In this document: piece by piece, positions 27,232-34,687 of the stretch | Position numbering within the stretch: position 1 is the stretch's first letter | How the letters are laid out: each line of letters starts with the position of its first letter | Assembly (NCBI GenBank): GCA_049718765.1 | Contig: JBNARI010000004.1 | Coordinates: 19,967 to 83,966 of the forward strand | DNA length: 64,000 nucleotides | Source of the DNA: Bacillota bacterium | GTDB lineage: Bacteria; Bacillota; Sulfobacillia; DUMF01 | Reading direction: 5' to 3' | The notes under the pieces: model-generated | The model's database searches: none | What the model was told of the DNA's origin: nothing | What the model saw: the letters and a program-made list of their open reading frames with translations, nothing else | Position numbers and translations under genes: made by a program

Positions 27232-29175
27232 ATGTGTGCTAAGGTGACTCAAACTCGTGGCGAAGAGAAGGTCCTGGATGTCAACCAGATTGTGGAGAGG
27301 TTTCAAGTTGAAGCTCGGTTTAGGCAGCTTGCGGGTGCCTGGGGTAAGGTGGTTGGGTTCATTGCTATTGCCATGTCTGCATTCCAGTGGTATACGGCAG
27401 GGTTCGGGACTCTCCAGCAAATGAAGCAGCGGGGAGTACACCTTGGCTTCATGCTTGCGCTCATATTCCTGTTGTACCCAGCGAGCAAGAGGTCCCCCAA
27501 GCACAGACCCTCGTACCTAGACATACTGCTCGCGGTGGTCGGGTTCATTGGTGGTACTTACCACTTTTTTTATTACGATGCAATTGCATTGAGGGGAGGC
27601 ACTGCAAACGTCTATGACTACTTCTGGGGCGTAGTCACTCTGCTGCTGATCCTCGAGGCAACCAGACGTTGCGTGGGCAAGGAACTGTCAATCTTGGCCC
27701 TTGTGTTCCTGGCATATGGCCTGTTTGGCCACAGAATCCCAGGGATGCTTGGACACACTGGATTTACTTGGGATAGGATTGTGTACCACTTGTACATTTC
27801 CTCGGAGGGAGTGTTCGGCACAGCTCTGGGAGTGTCTGCCACCTACATTTTCATGTTCATCCTGTTTGGCGCTTTCCTGGCCGAAACTGGGATGTCCAAG
27901 TTTATCACTGAGCTCTCCATGGCTGTAGCGGGAGGCACCGCTGGCGGGCCGGCCAAGGTGGCGGTGGTTGCTAGCGCCCTGATGGGGACAATCAATGGCA
28001 GCGCAGTTGCCAACGTTGTGGGTACAGGTACCTTCACCATACCGCTGATGAAAAGCATTGGTTATGCGCCTCACTTTGCGGGTGCAGTTGAGGCTGTTGC
28101 GTCAACTGGTGGCCAGATTATGCCTCCAGTGATGGGGGCTGCTGCATTCGTCATGGCCGAGTTTCTTGGCATGCCCTACGCGAAGATCATGATTGCAGCA
28201 ATACTGCCGGCCCTGCTTTATTACCTTGCTGACTTCGTGCAGGTACATTATGAAGCAAGGAAAATCGGCTTGCTGGGCTTGCCCAGGGAGCAGTTGCCCA
28301 AGCTTGGGGTCGTAGTGCGAAACGGCTGGCACTTGTTACTTCCTTTGATCACCATCGTATACTTGCTCCTGTCTGGGAAGACCCCCCTATTTGCAGCTTT
28401 TTGGGGCACCGTGGTTACAATTGTGGCAAGCTGGTTAAAGAAGGAAACCAGATTAAGCCCTAAGGCGTTCCTGCGGGCTATGGAGTCAGGTGCAAGGGAA
28501 GCAATATCTGTGGGAATTGCGTGTGCGGTAGTGGGATTCGTCGTCGGAATCGTCACGCTAACGGGCCTTGGGTTAACTTTGGGCGACAAGATCATTGCGC
28601 TGGCAGGTGGAAGCCTGTTTGCCACCATGTTCTTTACCATGGTGCTCTGCATAATCCTGGGAATGGGACTGCCAACCACCGCTTGTTACATTGTGGCAGC
28701 TACAGTTGCAGCACCCGCGCTGATTAAGGTGGGCGTGCCCGCTCTTCCAGCTCACTTTTTTGTGTTCTACTACGCGTGCCTTGCGAACATCACGCCGCCT
28801 GTGGCGTTGGCTGCGTACGCTGGCGCAGGTCTTGCTGGTTCAAACCCCTTCAAGACTGGATGGACTGCAGTCCGCCTGGGCATTGCCGGGTTTATAGTGC
28901 CGTTCATGTTCGTGTACTCGCCCATTCTGCTGCTCCAGACCGCCAATGTGCCAGAGCTGATCCAAGCGATAATCACGTCGGTTATTGGAGTGATTTCCCT
29001 GGGCATTGGCGCGGAAGGCTTTCTCAAGGGTCACTTGTCCATCGGCGAGAGGCTCTTGTTTATCTGCGGCGCCTTGGGTCTCATGATTCCAGGCACGTTC
29101 ACTGATCTGCTGGGATTGGCGCTTGTTGCTTGCGGACTGGGCAGCCACTTGTTGCGCCATCGCACTCGGTCTTAG
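27232..29175 (+). CDS. TRAP transporter fused 4TM/12TM permease (TAXI type)
   Basis: GGPAKVAV, GSAVANV, ASTGGQIMPPVMGAAAF, GMGLPT, ITPPVALAA. Confidence 0.94.
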   Translation: MCAKVTQTRGEEKVLDVNQIVERFQVEARFRQLAGAWGKVVGFIAIAMSAFQWYTAGFGTLQQMKQRGVHLGFMLALIFLLYPASKRSPKHRPSYLDILLAVVGFIGGTYHFFYYDAIALRGGTANVYDYFWGVVTLLLILEATRRCVGKELSILALVFLAYGLFGHRIPGMLGHTGFTWDRIVYHLYISSEGVFGTALGVSATYIFMFILFGAFLAETGMSKFITELSMAVAGGTAGGPAKVAVVASALMGTINGSAVANVVGTGTFTIPLMKSIGYAPHFAGAVEAVASTGGQIMPPVMGAAAFVMAEFLGMPYAKIMIAAILPALLYYLADFVQVHYEARKIGLLGLPREQLPKLGVVVRNGWHLLLPLITIVYLLLSGKTPLFAAFWGTVVTIVASWLKKETRLSPKAFLRAMESGAREAISVGIACAVVGFVVGIVTLTGLGLTLGDKIIALAGGSLFATMFFTMVLCIILGMGLPTTACYIVAATVAAPALIKVGVPALPAHFFVFYYACLANITPPVALAAYAGAGLAGSNPFKTGWTAVRLGIAGFIVPFMFVYSPILLLQTANVPELIQAIITSVIGVISLGIGAEGFLKGHLSIGERLLFICGALGLMIPGTFTDLLGLALVACGLGSHLLRHRTRS

Positions 29176-29189
29176 TCAGGGGGCTTTGC

Positions 29190-29218
29190 TTGACACCTCC
29201 CGTAGCAGCGGGTAGAAT
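29190..29218 (+). promoter_or_regulatory. Sigma-A promoter of yceD-rpmF
   Basis: TTGACA-17 nt-TAGAAT. Confidence 0.7.
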
Positions 29219-29243
29219 TTAGCTGTCTTACGGGGGGCTTTTC

Positions 29244-29693
29244 ATGAGGATCAGTGCTCAAGAAGTGAAGAAGTGCGGTCGGGTGGCGGCGTCGTACACG
29301 ATAGCTGCCGAGGCCTTTCAACCGTACCTTGGCGAGGGAAGTACCGCCGGCCCCGGTCCTGTGGAAGTGGATGCGGAACTCATGGGTTCGGGTGTGGACG
29401 TGATCGGCAAATTCACTGCGCAGGCAAACGTGCAGCTCACGTGTGCCAGGTGCCTGGCGGCTGTGCCCTACCATCTGCGCGCTGAGTTCTGGGTTACGTT
29501 CCGACCAAGGCACGCAGCAGACCCGGAGAGCATTGCAATGTCCGGACCTTTGACTGCCGATGGCGAAGACATAGAAGTGTACTCGGGGGACGAGATAGAC
29601 CTTGACGGTGTGGTGCTTCAAAACTTGGCGCTTGCCGTGCCGTACAAGGTGGTTTGCAGCAGCGAATGCAAAGGCTTGGAGTGGAGGGATTGA
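29244..29693 (+). CDS. YceD/DUF177 family protein, short C-terminus
   Basis: CARCL, IDL...LAVPYKVVCSSECKGL; directly upstream of rpmF. Confidence 0.85.
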   Translation: MRISAQEVKKCGRVAASYTIAAEAFQPYLGEGSTAGPGPVEVDAELMGSGVDVIGKFTAQANVQLTCARCLAAVPYHLRAEFWVTFRPRHAADPESIAMSGPLTADGEDIEVYSGDEIDLDGVVLQNLALAVPYKVVCSSECKGLEWRD

Positions 29694-29696
29694 CTG

Positions 29697-29879
29697 GTGG
29701 CCGTACCTAAGAAACGCACCACTAAGTCCAAAAGGGATAAGAGAGCTGCCAATTGGAAACTTGGGCATCCCACGCTGGTAGAATGCCCACAGTGCCATGA
29801 AGCCAAGATGCCTCACAGAGTTTGTGCAAACTGTGGCTACTACGATGGCAGAGAAGTGCTCAAGCTTGAAGAGAAGTGA
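29697..29879 (+). CDS. rpmF: 50S ribosomal protein L32
   Basis: MAVPKKRTTKSKRDKR...CPQC...HRVCANCGYY. Confidence 0.98.
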   Translation: MAVPKKRTTKSKRDKRAANWKLGHPTLVECPQCHEAKMPHRVCANCGYYDGREVLKLEEK

Positions 29880-29908
29880 AGTGGCGAACTTGGAACAAAT
29901 GTAGTTCA

Positions 29909-29939
29909 GGCGTGGGCGGGTACTTTACCCGCCCACGCC
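29909..29939 (+). terminator. Strong hairpin after rpmF
   Basis: GGCGTGGGCGGGTA-ctt-TACCCGCCCACGCC. Confidence 0.65.
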
Positions 29940-30236
29940 CACATTTAGTGCGCGCTTCTGGCTGTCACTAGTGGCCTTTTCCTCTTGGGTGGAGGGAACA
30001 ATTGCCAGGCTCATTGCCGGCCTTCGGTGAGCTTGGCCGCCTGGAGCCAGGTATGAAGTAGAGATCTTACCCTATCGCTTCGTCTCCAACAAACTCGACC
30101 CGGTACGGTCAGTGTGTCGGTCGATGCCTACATTGGGTAACCAGGGGCTGGGTAGCCTTGCGTTGGCCCATTTCCTTGTGCTATACGATCCACAAGATAT
30201 GCCCGGACACGGCATTTTATCTGGCCGGACCGGCGT

Positions 30237-30307
30237 TTGTTGGTTGCGATGGCTTCTGATATAATTACTAGCAGTTCTTGGCGCTTCATCCTAATACTCT
30301 GTATTAA
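30237..30307 (+). promoter_or_regulatory. Sigma-A promoter and putative FapR operator
   Basis: TTGTTG-17 nt-TATAAT with extended TG (30237-30265); 17-bp CTAATACTCTGTATTAA (30291-30307) fits FapR box TTANTA-N5-TANTAA. Confidence 0.6.
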
Positions 30308-30334
30308 CCAATAGCTACTAAGAGGTGGGCGAAG

Positions 30335-30940
30335 TTGGGGCTCCCCAAACTAAAAAGGCAGAGAGAATTACGCAAGGTTCTCCAGGAAAACCCGTTCCTC
30401 AACGATGAAGACTTGGCGAAGATGTTCGGAGTGAGCGTGCAGACCATTCGCTTGGACAGGCTCGCGCTGGGGATAGGCGATCTAAGGCAGCGAACACGTG
30501 CCATTGCTGACAGGGTTCGAGGGATTGTGAAGTCCCTTGGAGTGAAGGAAGTAGTTGGGGAGATCATCGACATAACTCTTGGAGAAAGCGGCGTATCTAT
30601 TCTTGAAACCACCGAAGACATGGTGTTCGAAAAGACAGGAGTTGTGCGGGGTCACTACATCTTCGCTCAGGCGGATTCCCTCGCCATTGCTCTAATAGAT
30701 GCTGATGTGGTGTTGACTGGTCTGGCCAACGTAAAGTTCAAGAGGCCCGTAAAGGTTGGAGAGAGGCTTGTCGCTAAGGCAGAGGTGATCAGGAAAAAGG
30801 GCAACCGGTGGGTCGTACTTGTTGTGATCAAGAGCGGCAAGGACCAGGTGTTCCGGGGTAAGTTCGTAGTGTTTGCTTTGGACCAGGAAAGGAGCGATGA
30901 AGCTGATGCTCAAGATAGCGCTGGACGTATTGGGGGGTGA
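30335..30940 (+). CDS. fapR: Fatty acid biosynthesis regulator FapR
   Basis: ENPFLNDEDLA, VSVQTIRLDR, RGHYIFAQADSLA. Confidence 0.95.
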   Translation: MGLPKLKRQRELRKVLQENPFLNDEDLAKMFGVSVQTIRLDRLALGIGDLRQRTRAIADRVRGIVKSLGVKEVVGEIIDITLGESGVSILETTEDMVFEKTGVVRGHYIFAQADSLAIALIDADVVLTGLANVKFKRPVKVGERLVAKAEVIRKKGNRWVVLVVIKSGKDQVFRGKFVVFALDQERSDEADAQDSAGRIGG

Positions 30941-31943
30941 CCACGTGCCCCAGGCCCCGCTGGGCGCTGCGCGACAGGCCCTTCGTGCCGACTCAGAGCT
31001 CCATCTCACGTTGCTTGGTCCAGAGGACCTGATCAGTCGTCAAGTAGACAGCTGGGGCGACGTTGCCCGACGAGTGTCGGTGGTACACGCTCCCGTTGCC
31101 ATCTCCGGTTCCGAGGCTCAAGTGAAAGCAATAAGGTCGGAAAAGCAGTCCACAATCGTGAAGGGCTTCGAGCTGTTAAAAGAACAAGTGGTTGATGGGT
31201 TCGTATCAGCGGGGAGCACAGGTGCCTTGATGGCGGGTGGATTGCTAATACTGGGCAGAATACCTGGAATCGCCAGGCCGGCGTTGCCAGTGATATTGCC
31301 CCTGCGGGGCGGCAAGAAGGTGGTTCTCTTGGACGCAGGGGTGAACCCCGACGCAAGGCCTGCCCACCTGGTTCAATACGGCCTTATGGGCATTGCCTAT
31401 GCCAGGGTAGTGCTTGGCATTGACCAGCCCCGCGTCATGTTGCTCAACATTGGAGAGGAAGAGGGTAAGGGTAACGAGCTCATGCGTGCTACCTATGGTA
31501 CGATGAGGGAGAAGTTGGGGGCTTCATTCTGCGGCAACATTGAGGCGAGGGACGTGTTCACTGGCAAGGCAGACGTGGTAGTGTGCGACGGGTTCACTGG
31601 GAACGTGGTGCTCAAATGCATTGAAGGACTGGCCACGTGCCTCATGGCGATCCTGAAGGACGAAATGAAGGCCAGCCCAGTAACTATATTAGGTGGCATG
31701 TTAGCGCGTCCTGCTTTCACGAGGGCAAAGAAGCTTTTGGACTACAGCGAATACGGCGGAGTACCGTTGCTCGGGCTGAACGGTCTGTGTGTCAAGTGTC
31801 ACGGGAGCTCGAACGAGGCTGCCATTGCCAACGGAATCAAGGTTGCATGTACTTCCTTGAGGAAGCAACTCCTTGGCTGTTTGCGCGAGGCCGGGCTGGC
31901 AGCAAGGGATGAACAGTCTGTTGAGTCGCAATCTCCAGTTTGA
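30897..31943 (+). CDS. plsX: Phosphate acyltransferase PlsX
   Basis: IALDVLGGD, SAGSTGA, NIGEEEGKG, VCDGFTGNVVLK, KCHGSS. Confidence 0.96.
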   Translation: MKLMLKIALDVLGGDHVPQAPLGAARQALRADSELHLTLLGPEDLISRQVDSWGDVARRVSVVHAPVAISGSEAQVKAIRSEKQSTIVKGFELLKEQVVDGFVSAGSTGALMAGGLLILGRIPGIARPALPVILPLRGGKKVVLLDAGVNPDARPAHLVQYGLMGIAYARVVLGIDQPRVMLLNIGEEEGKGNELMRATYGTMREKLGASFCGNIEARDVFTGKADVVVCDGFTGNVVLKCIEGLATCLMAILKDEMKASPVTILGGMLARPAFTRAKKLLDYSEYGGVPLLGLNGLCVKCHGSSNEAAIANGIKVACTSLRKQLLGCLREAGLAARDEQSVESQSPV

Positions 31944-31954
31944 GGTGGTGGATC

Positions 31955-32806
31955 ATGCCGGTCAAAGTGGTGACTGACAGTACTTGTGACTTGAGTCCGC
32001 AAGTGCTTGGGGAGATGGGGGTTACGGTAGTCCCTTTAAGAGTGCACGTCGGGGACAGGACTTTTCTTGACGGGATAGACCTTGCTCCCTCCGAGTTTTA
32101 CCGGTTGCTAAGGCAGGAAAAGGTGCTACCTCGCACTTCTCAACCGTCGCCCGCAGAGTTCCTGAAAGTGTACCGGGACCTTACCAGCGATGGTTCGTCA
32201 GTAGTTTCCATTCACCTTTCTTCCAGGCTTAGCGGCACATTCCAGTCAGCAGTGATGGCCAAGGAAAACCTGCCGCAGGCAGACATCGAGGTGGTGGATT
32301 CGCGTCTTGCATCCTTGGGAATAGCGCTGGTGGTCAGGGAAGCTGCAATCATGGCAAGGCGGGGCGCATCCAAGCAGGAGGTGGTAGATGCTACTAGGCG
32401 CAACATCGAGCGGTGCCATACCCTGTTCATCGTAGATACTCTAGATTATTTGTATAAGAATGGGCGCATTGGCAAGGCCGCACACCTGGTTGGTTCCCTC
32501 TTGTCCTTGAAACCGATCCTTGCCCTCGACCGGGAGGGAGTGGTTGCGGCAAGGGACAAGGTGAGGGGCAAGAACAAAGCCCTTGAGCGTGCAGTGGAAG
32601 TTGCTTCCTGCGAGGTTCGGCCAGGGTCAAGGGTCCAGGCAGCAGTGTTGCATGCTGATTGTCCTGAAGCGGCGCTTTTCCTCAAGGAGCGCCTATGCTC
32701 CATGTACCAAGTAATGTTCTTGCTGGAAGGCGTAGTTGGCAGTGTAATCGGCAGCCACGTTGGTCCTGGGACAGCTGGGTTTATACTAATGGAGGTCGAT
32801 TCTTGA
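31955..32806 (+). CDS. DegV-family fatty acid-binding protein (FakB-like)
   Basis: VTDSTCDL, TSQPSP, SSRLSGT, L-KNGRI, LKPIL, HVGPG. Confidence 0.93.
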   Translation: MPVKVVTDSTCDLSPQVLGEMGVTVVPLRVHVGDRTFLDGIDLAPSEFYRLLRQEKVLPRTSQPSPAEFLKVYRDLTSDGSSVVSIHLSSRLSGTFQSAVMAKENLPQADIEVVDSRLASLGIALVVREAAIMARRGASKQEVVDATRRNIERCHTLFIVDTLDYLYKNGRIGKAAHLVGSLLSLKPILALDREGVVAARDKVRGKNKALERAVEVASCEVRPGSRVQAAVLHADCPEAALFLKERLCSMYQVMFLLEGVVGSVIGSHVGPGTAGFILMEVDS

Positions 32807-32949
32807 AGCGAAACTGGTGGTCTGCTAAGATTCTTGCTGGCAGCCAGCAGCTGGTGGCTGCCTGGGAGGGGGGCGCGACACTAGATTGCCGAATGGTGCC
32901 TCCCCAAGTCAGGTGTAAAGAGTAGAACACAGCGTTAGGGGGTTAAGTC

Positions 32950-33192
32950 ATGTCGCCGAAGGACGAAGTTTTCGAGAAGGTCAAGTCGATCATTGTAGAG
33001 CAATTACAAGTTGACGAAGACAGCGTTGTGCCTGAGGCCTCGTTCGTTGATGACCTCGGGGCTGATTCCCTAGACATAGTAGAGCTCATCATGGCGTTGG
33101 AAGAGGAGTTTGACATAGAGATACCAGACGAGGACGCAGAGAACATAACCACGGTTGGCGAAGCGGTCAACTACATAAAGGAAAGGATTTGA
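32950..33192 (+). CDS. acpP: Acyl carrier protein
   Basis: [21 protein letters not shown]. Confidence 0.97.
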   Translation: MSPKDEVFEKVKSIIVEQLQVDEDSVVPEASFVDDLGADSLDIVELIMALEEEFDIEIPDEDAENITTVGEAVNYIKERI

Positions 33193-33334
33193 CGTGGTGC
33201 CCGGTAGCTCGTTTCTCCCGTTGTGCTACCGGGCTGCTCGAGGCTGTGCGCAGGCCGTGGGGCAGGTCCGGTGGAACGGACTGTTGCCCGGAGTCCCTTG
33301 GTTTGCCCAGACTCGGCAGGGGTTGCGGTAGACC

Positions 33335-34072
33335 GTGACTGGTGGCGAGTTCAAGCAAGAACTAGAACGGCTGGCTGGTGGTGAGCTGGACGAGGAGCTC
33401 CTCCGCACAGCTTTGACCCACTCTTCTGCTTCAAACGAAGTGCAAGGCCTTCCATGCAACGAAAGGCTTGAGTTCCTAGGCGATGCAGTGCTGGAACTTG
33501 CGGTTAGTGAATGGATTTTCAGGCTGTATCCTGAGGCCTCAGAGGGGGAACTTACCAGACTTAGGGCGCGGATGGTGTGCGGGGAGCAGCTTGCTGAAGC
33601 AGCAGCCGCTCTCGGAATAGGTAGTCAGCTCCTTTTGGGCAAGGGTGAAGAGGTACGAGGAGGACGCAATAACAAGTCGATTCTGGGGTCGGCCTTTGAG
33701 GCAGTGGTAGGTGCAGTCTTCCTGAGCCTAGGGTATGAGCACGCGAGCCAGTTCGTGCGCAGGGTGCTGGTATCTCCTGAAAAGGTCAAACTGGGTCGTT
33801 TGAACGACCCCAAGTCCTTACTTCAGCAGTTGCTCCAGGCCGCTGGTGACAGTGTGTCCTACAAAGTTGTGAGCACTTTTGGCCCACCCCACCAGACCGA
33901 GTTCATGGTTGCAGCAGTCTCCAGCAAGGGAATAGTCTTGGGTGAAGGCAAGGGTCGCAGCAAGAAACAGGCGGAGCAGCGTGCTGCTGAAGATGCTCTG
34001 CGCAAGGGCAACTTGTTGCAGTCAGAAGGTGCGAACCAGTTTGGTGACACGGCCGAGAATGGTAACCTCTGA
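33335..34072 (+). CDS. rnc: Ribonuclease III
   Basis: NERLEFLGDAVL and C-terminal dsRBD (GPPH, SKKQAEQRAA). Confidence 0.96.
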   Translation: MTGGEFKQELERLAGGELDEELLRTALTHSSASNEVQGLPCNERLEFLGDAVLELAVSEWIFRLYPEASEGELTRLRARMVCGEQLAEAAAALGIGSQLLLGKGEEVRGGRNNKSILGSAFEAVVGAVFLSLGYEHASQFVRRVLVSPEKVKLGRLNDPKSLLQQLLQAAGDSVSYKVVSTFGPPHQTEFMVAAVSSKGIVLGEGKGRSKKQAEQRAAEDALRKGNLLQSEGANQFGDTAENGNL

Positions 34073-34522
34073 GCCCGGTTGGACTACCTTGGTCGGGTCT
34101 GCAATGCTGGTCAGGAGTACATGCTTATCTATCCGGTAGTATCGCATGATGGAAGAGCCCGAGGCGTGAGATACCAACACCAGATCACCGTTAGCTGGCA
34201 CTGCCAGGGGGTCCACTATCAGGATGTCGTTCTCCATGAAGTACGGAGCGTACTGTGAGGATGTCACCTTGAAAGTAAATGGGTTGCCCTTGAGTTTGTC
34301 CCGGGAGAGGACTGTGTCTTCGGAGTAGTCTGCCACGTTCGACTGCTGTCGGTCCTTTCCCAGGACGTCCCGCTTGAACTCGCGAATCCCGCTATAGCCT
34401 GCCTTCTCCAGCCAGTAATACACTGACTTTTCTTCCGAGTATCCCAGGGACGCTGCAAGCTCTGCCACTGTTATTGCTGGGTCGTGCTTTACCAGTTCTA
34501 TCAGCCTGTCAATGGGATTCAA
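34022..34522 (-). CDS. HTH regulator with degenerate S24/LexA-like C-terminal domain
   Basis: TVAELAASLGYS...GYSGIREFK HTH; FKV...DILIVDP...NGDLVLV...ILGRV S24-like fold; SD GGAGGG. Confidence 0.7.
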   Translation of the reverse strand: MNPIDRLIELVKHDPAITVAELAASLGYSEEKSVYYWLEKAGYSGIREFKRDVLGKDRQQSNVADYSEDTVLSRDKLKGNPFTFKVTSSQYAPYFMENDILIVDPLAVPANGDLVLVSHASGSSIMRYYRIDKHVLLTSIADPTKVVQPGSEVTILGRVTKLVRTF

Positions 34523-34687
34523 ACCCTTACCCCTCCAAGGTTTCAAATTAAAGCCCTCGTGTCAGGTTCCTTTACATATGGCGTGTATAAACCAATACAG
34601 GTATCGTGTATGGCTGCGAGTTCCGTTGAAGGATGACATGCCTTCGGCGTGTCTGCTAGAATCTCCATTGTTGGAGGGTGGTTCCCG

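Noticed and set aside
30002-30061. 19-aa ORF after GGAGGG ending in TAG, with an open frame beyond (possible readthrough)
   Set aside because: The extended product is not protein-like and nothing in the window supports recoding
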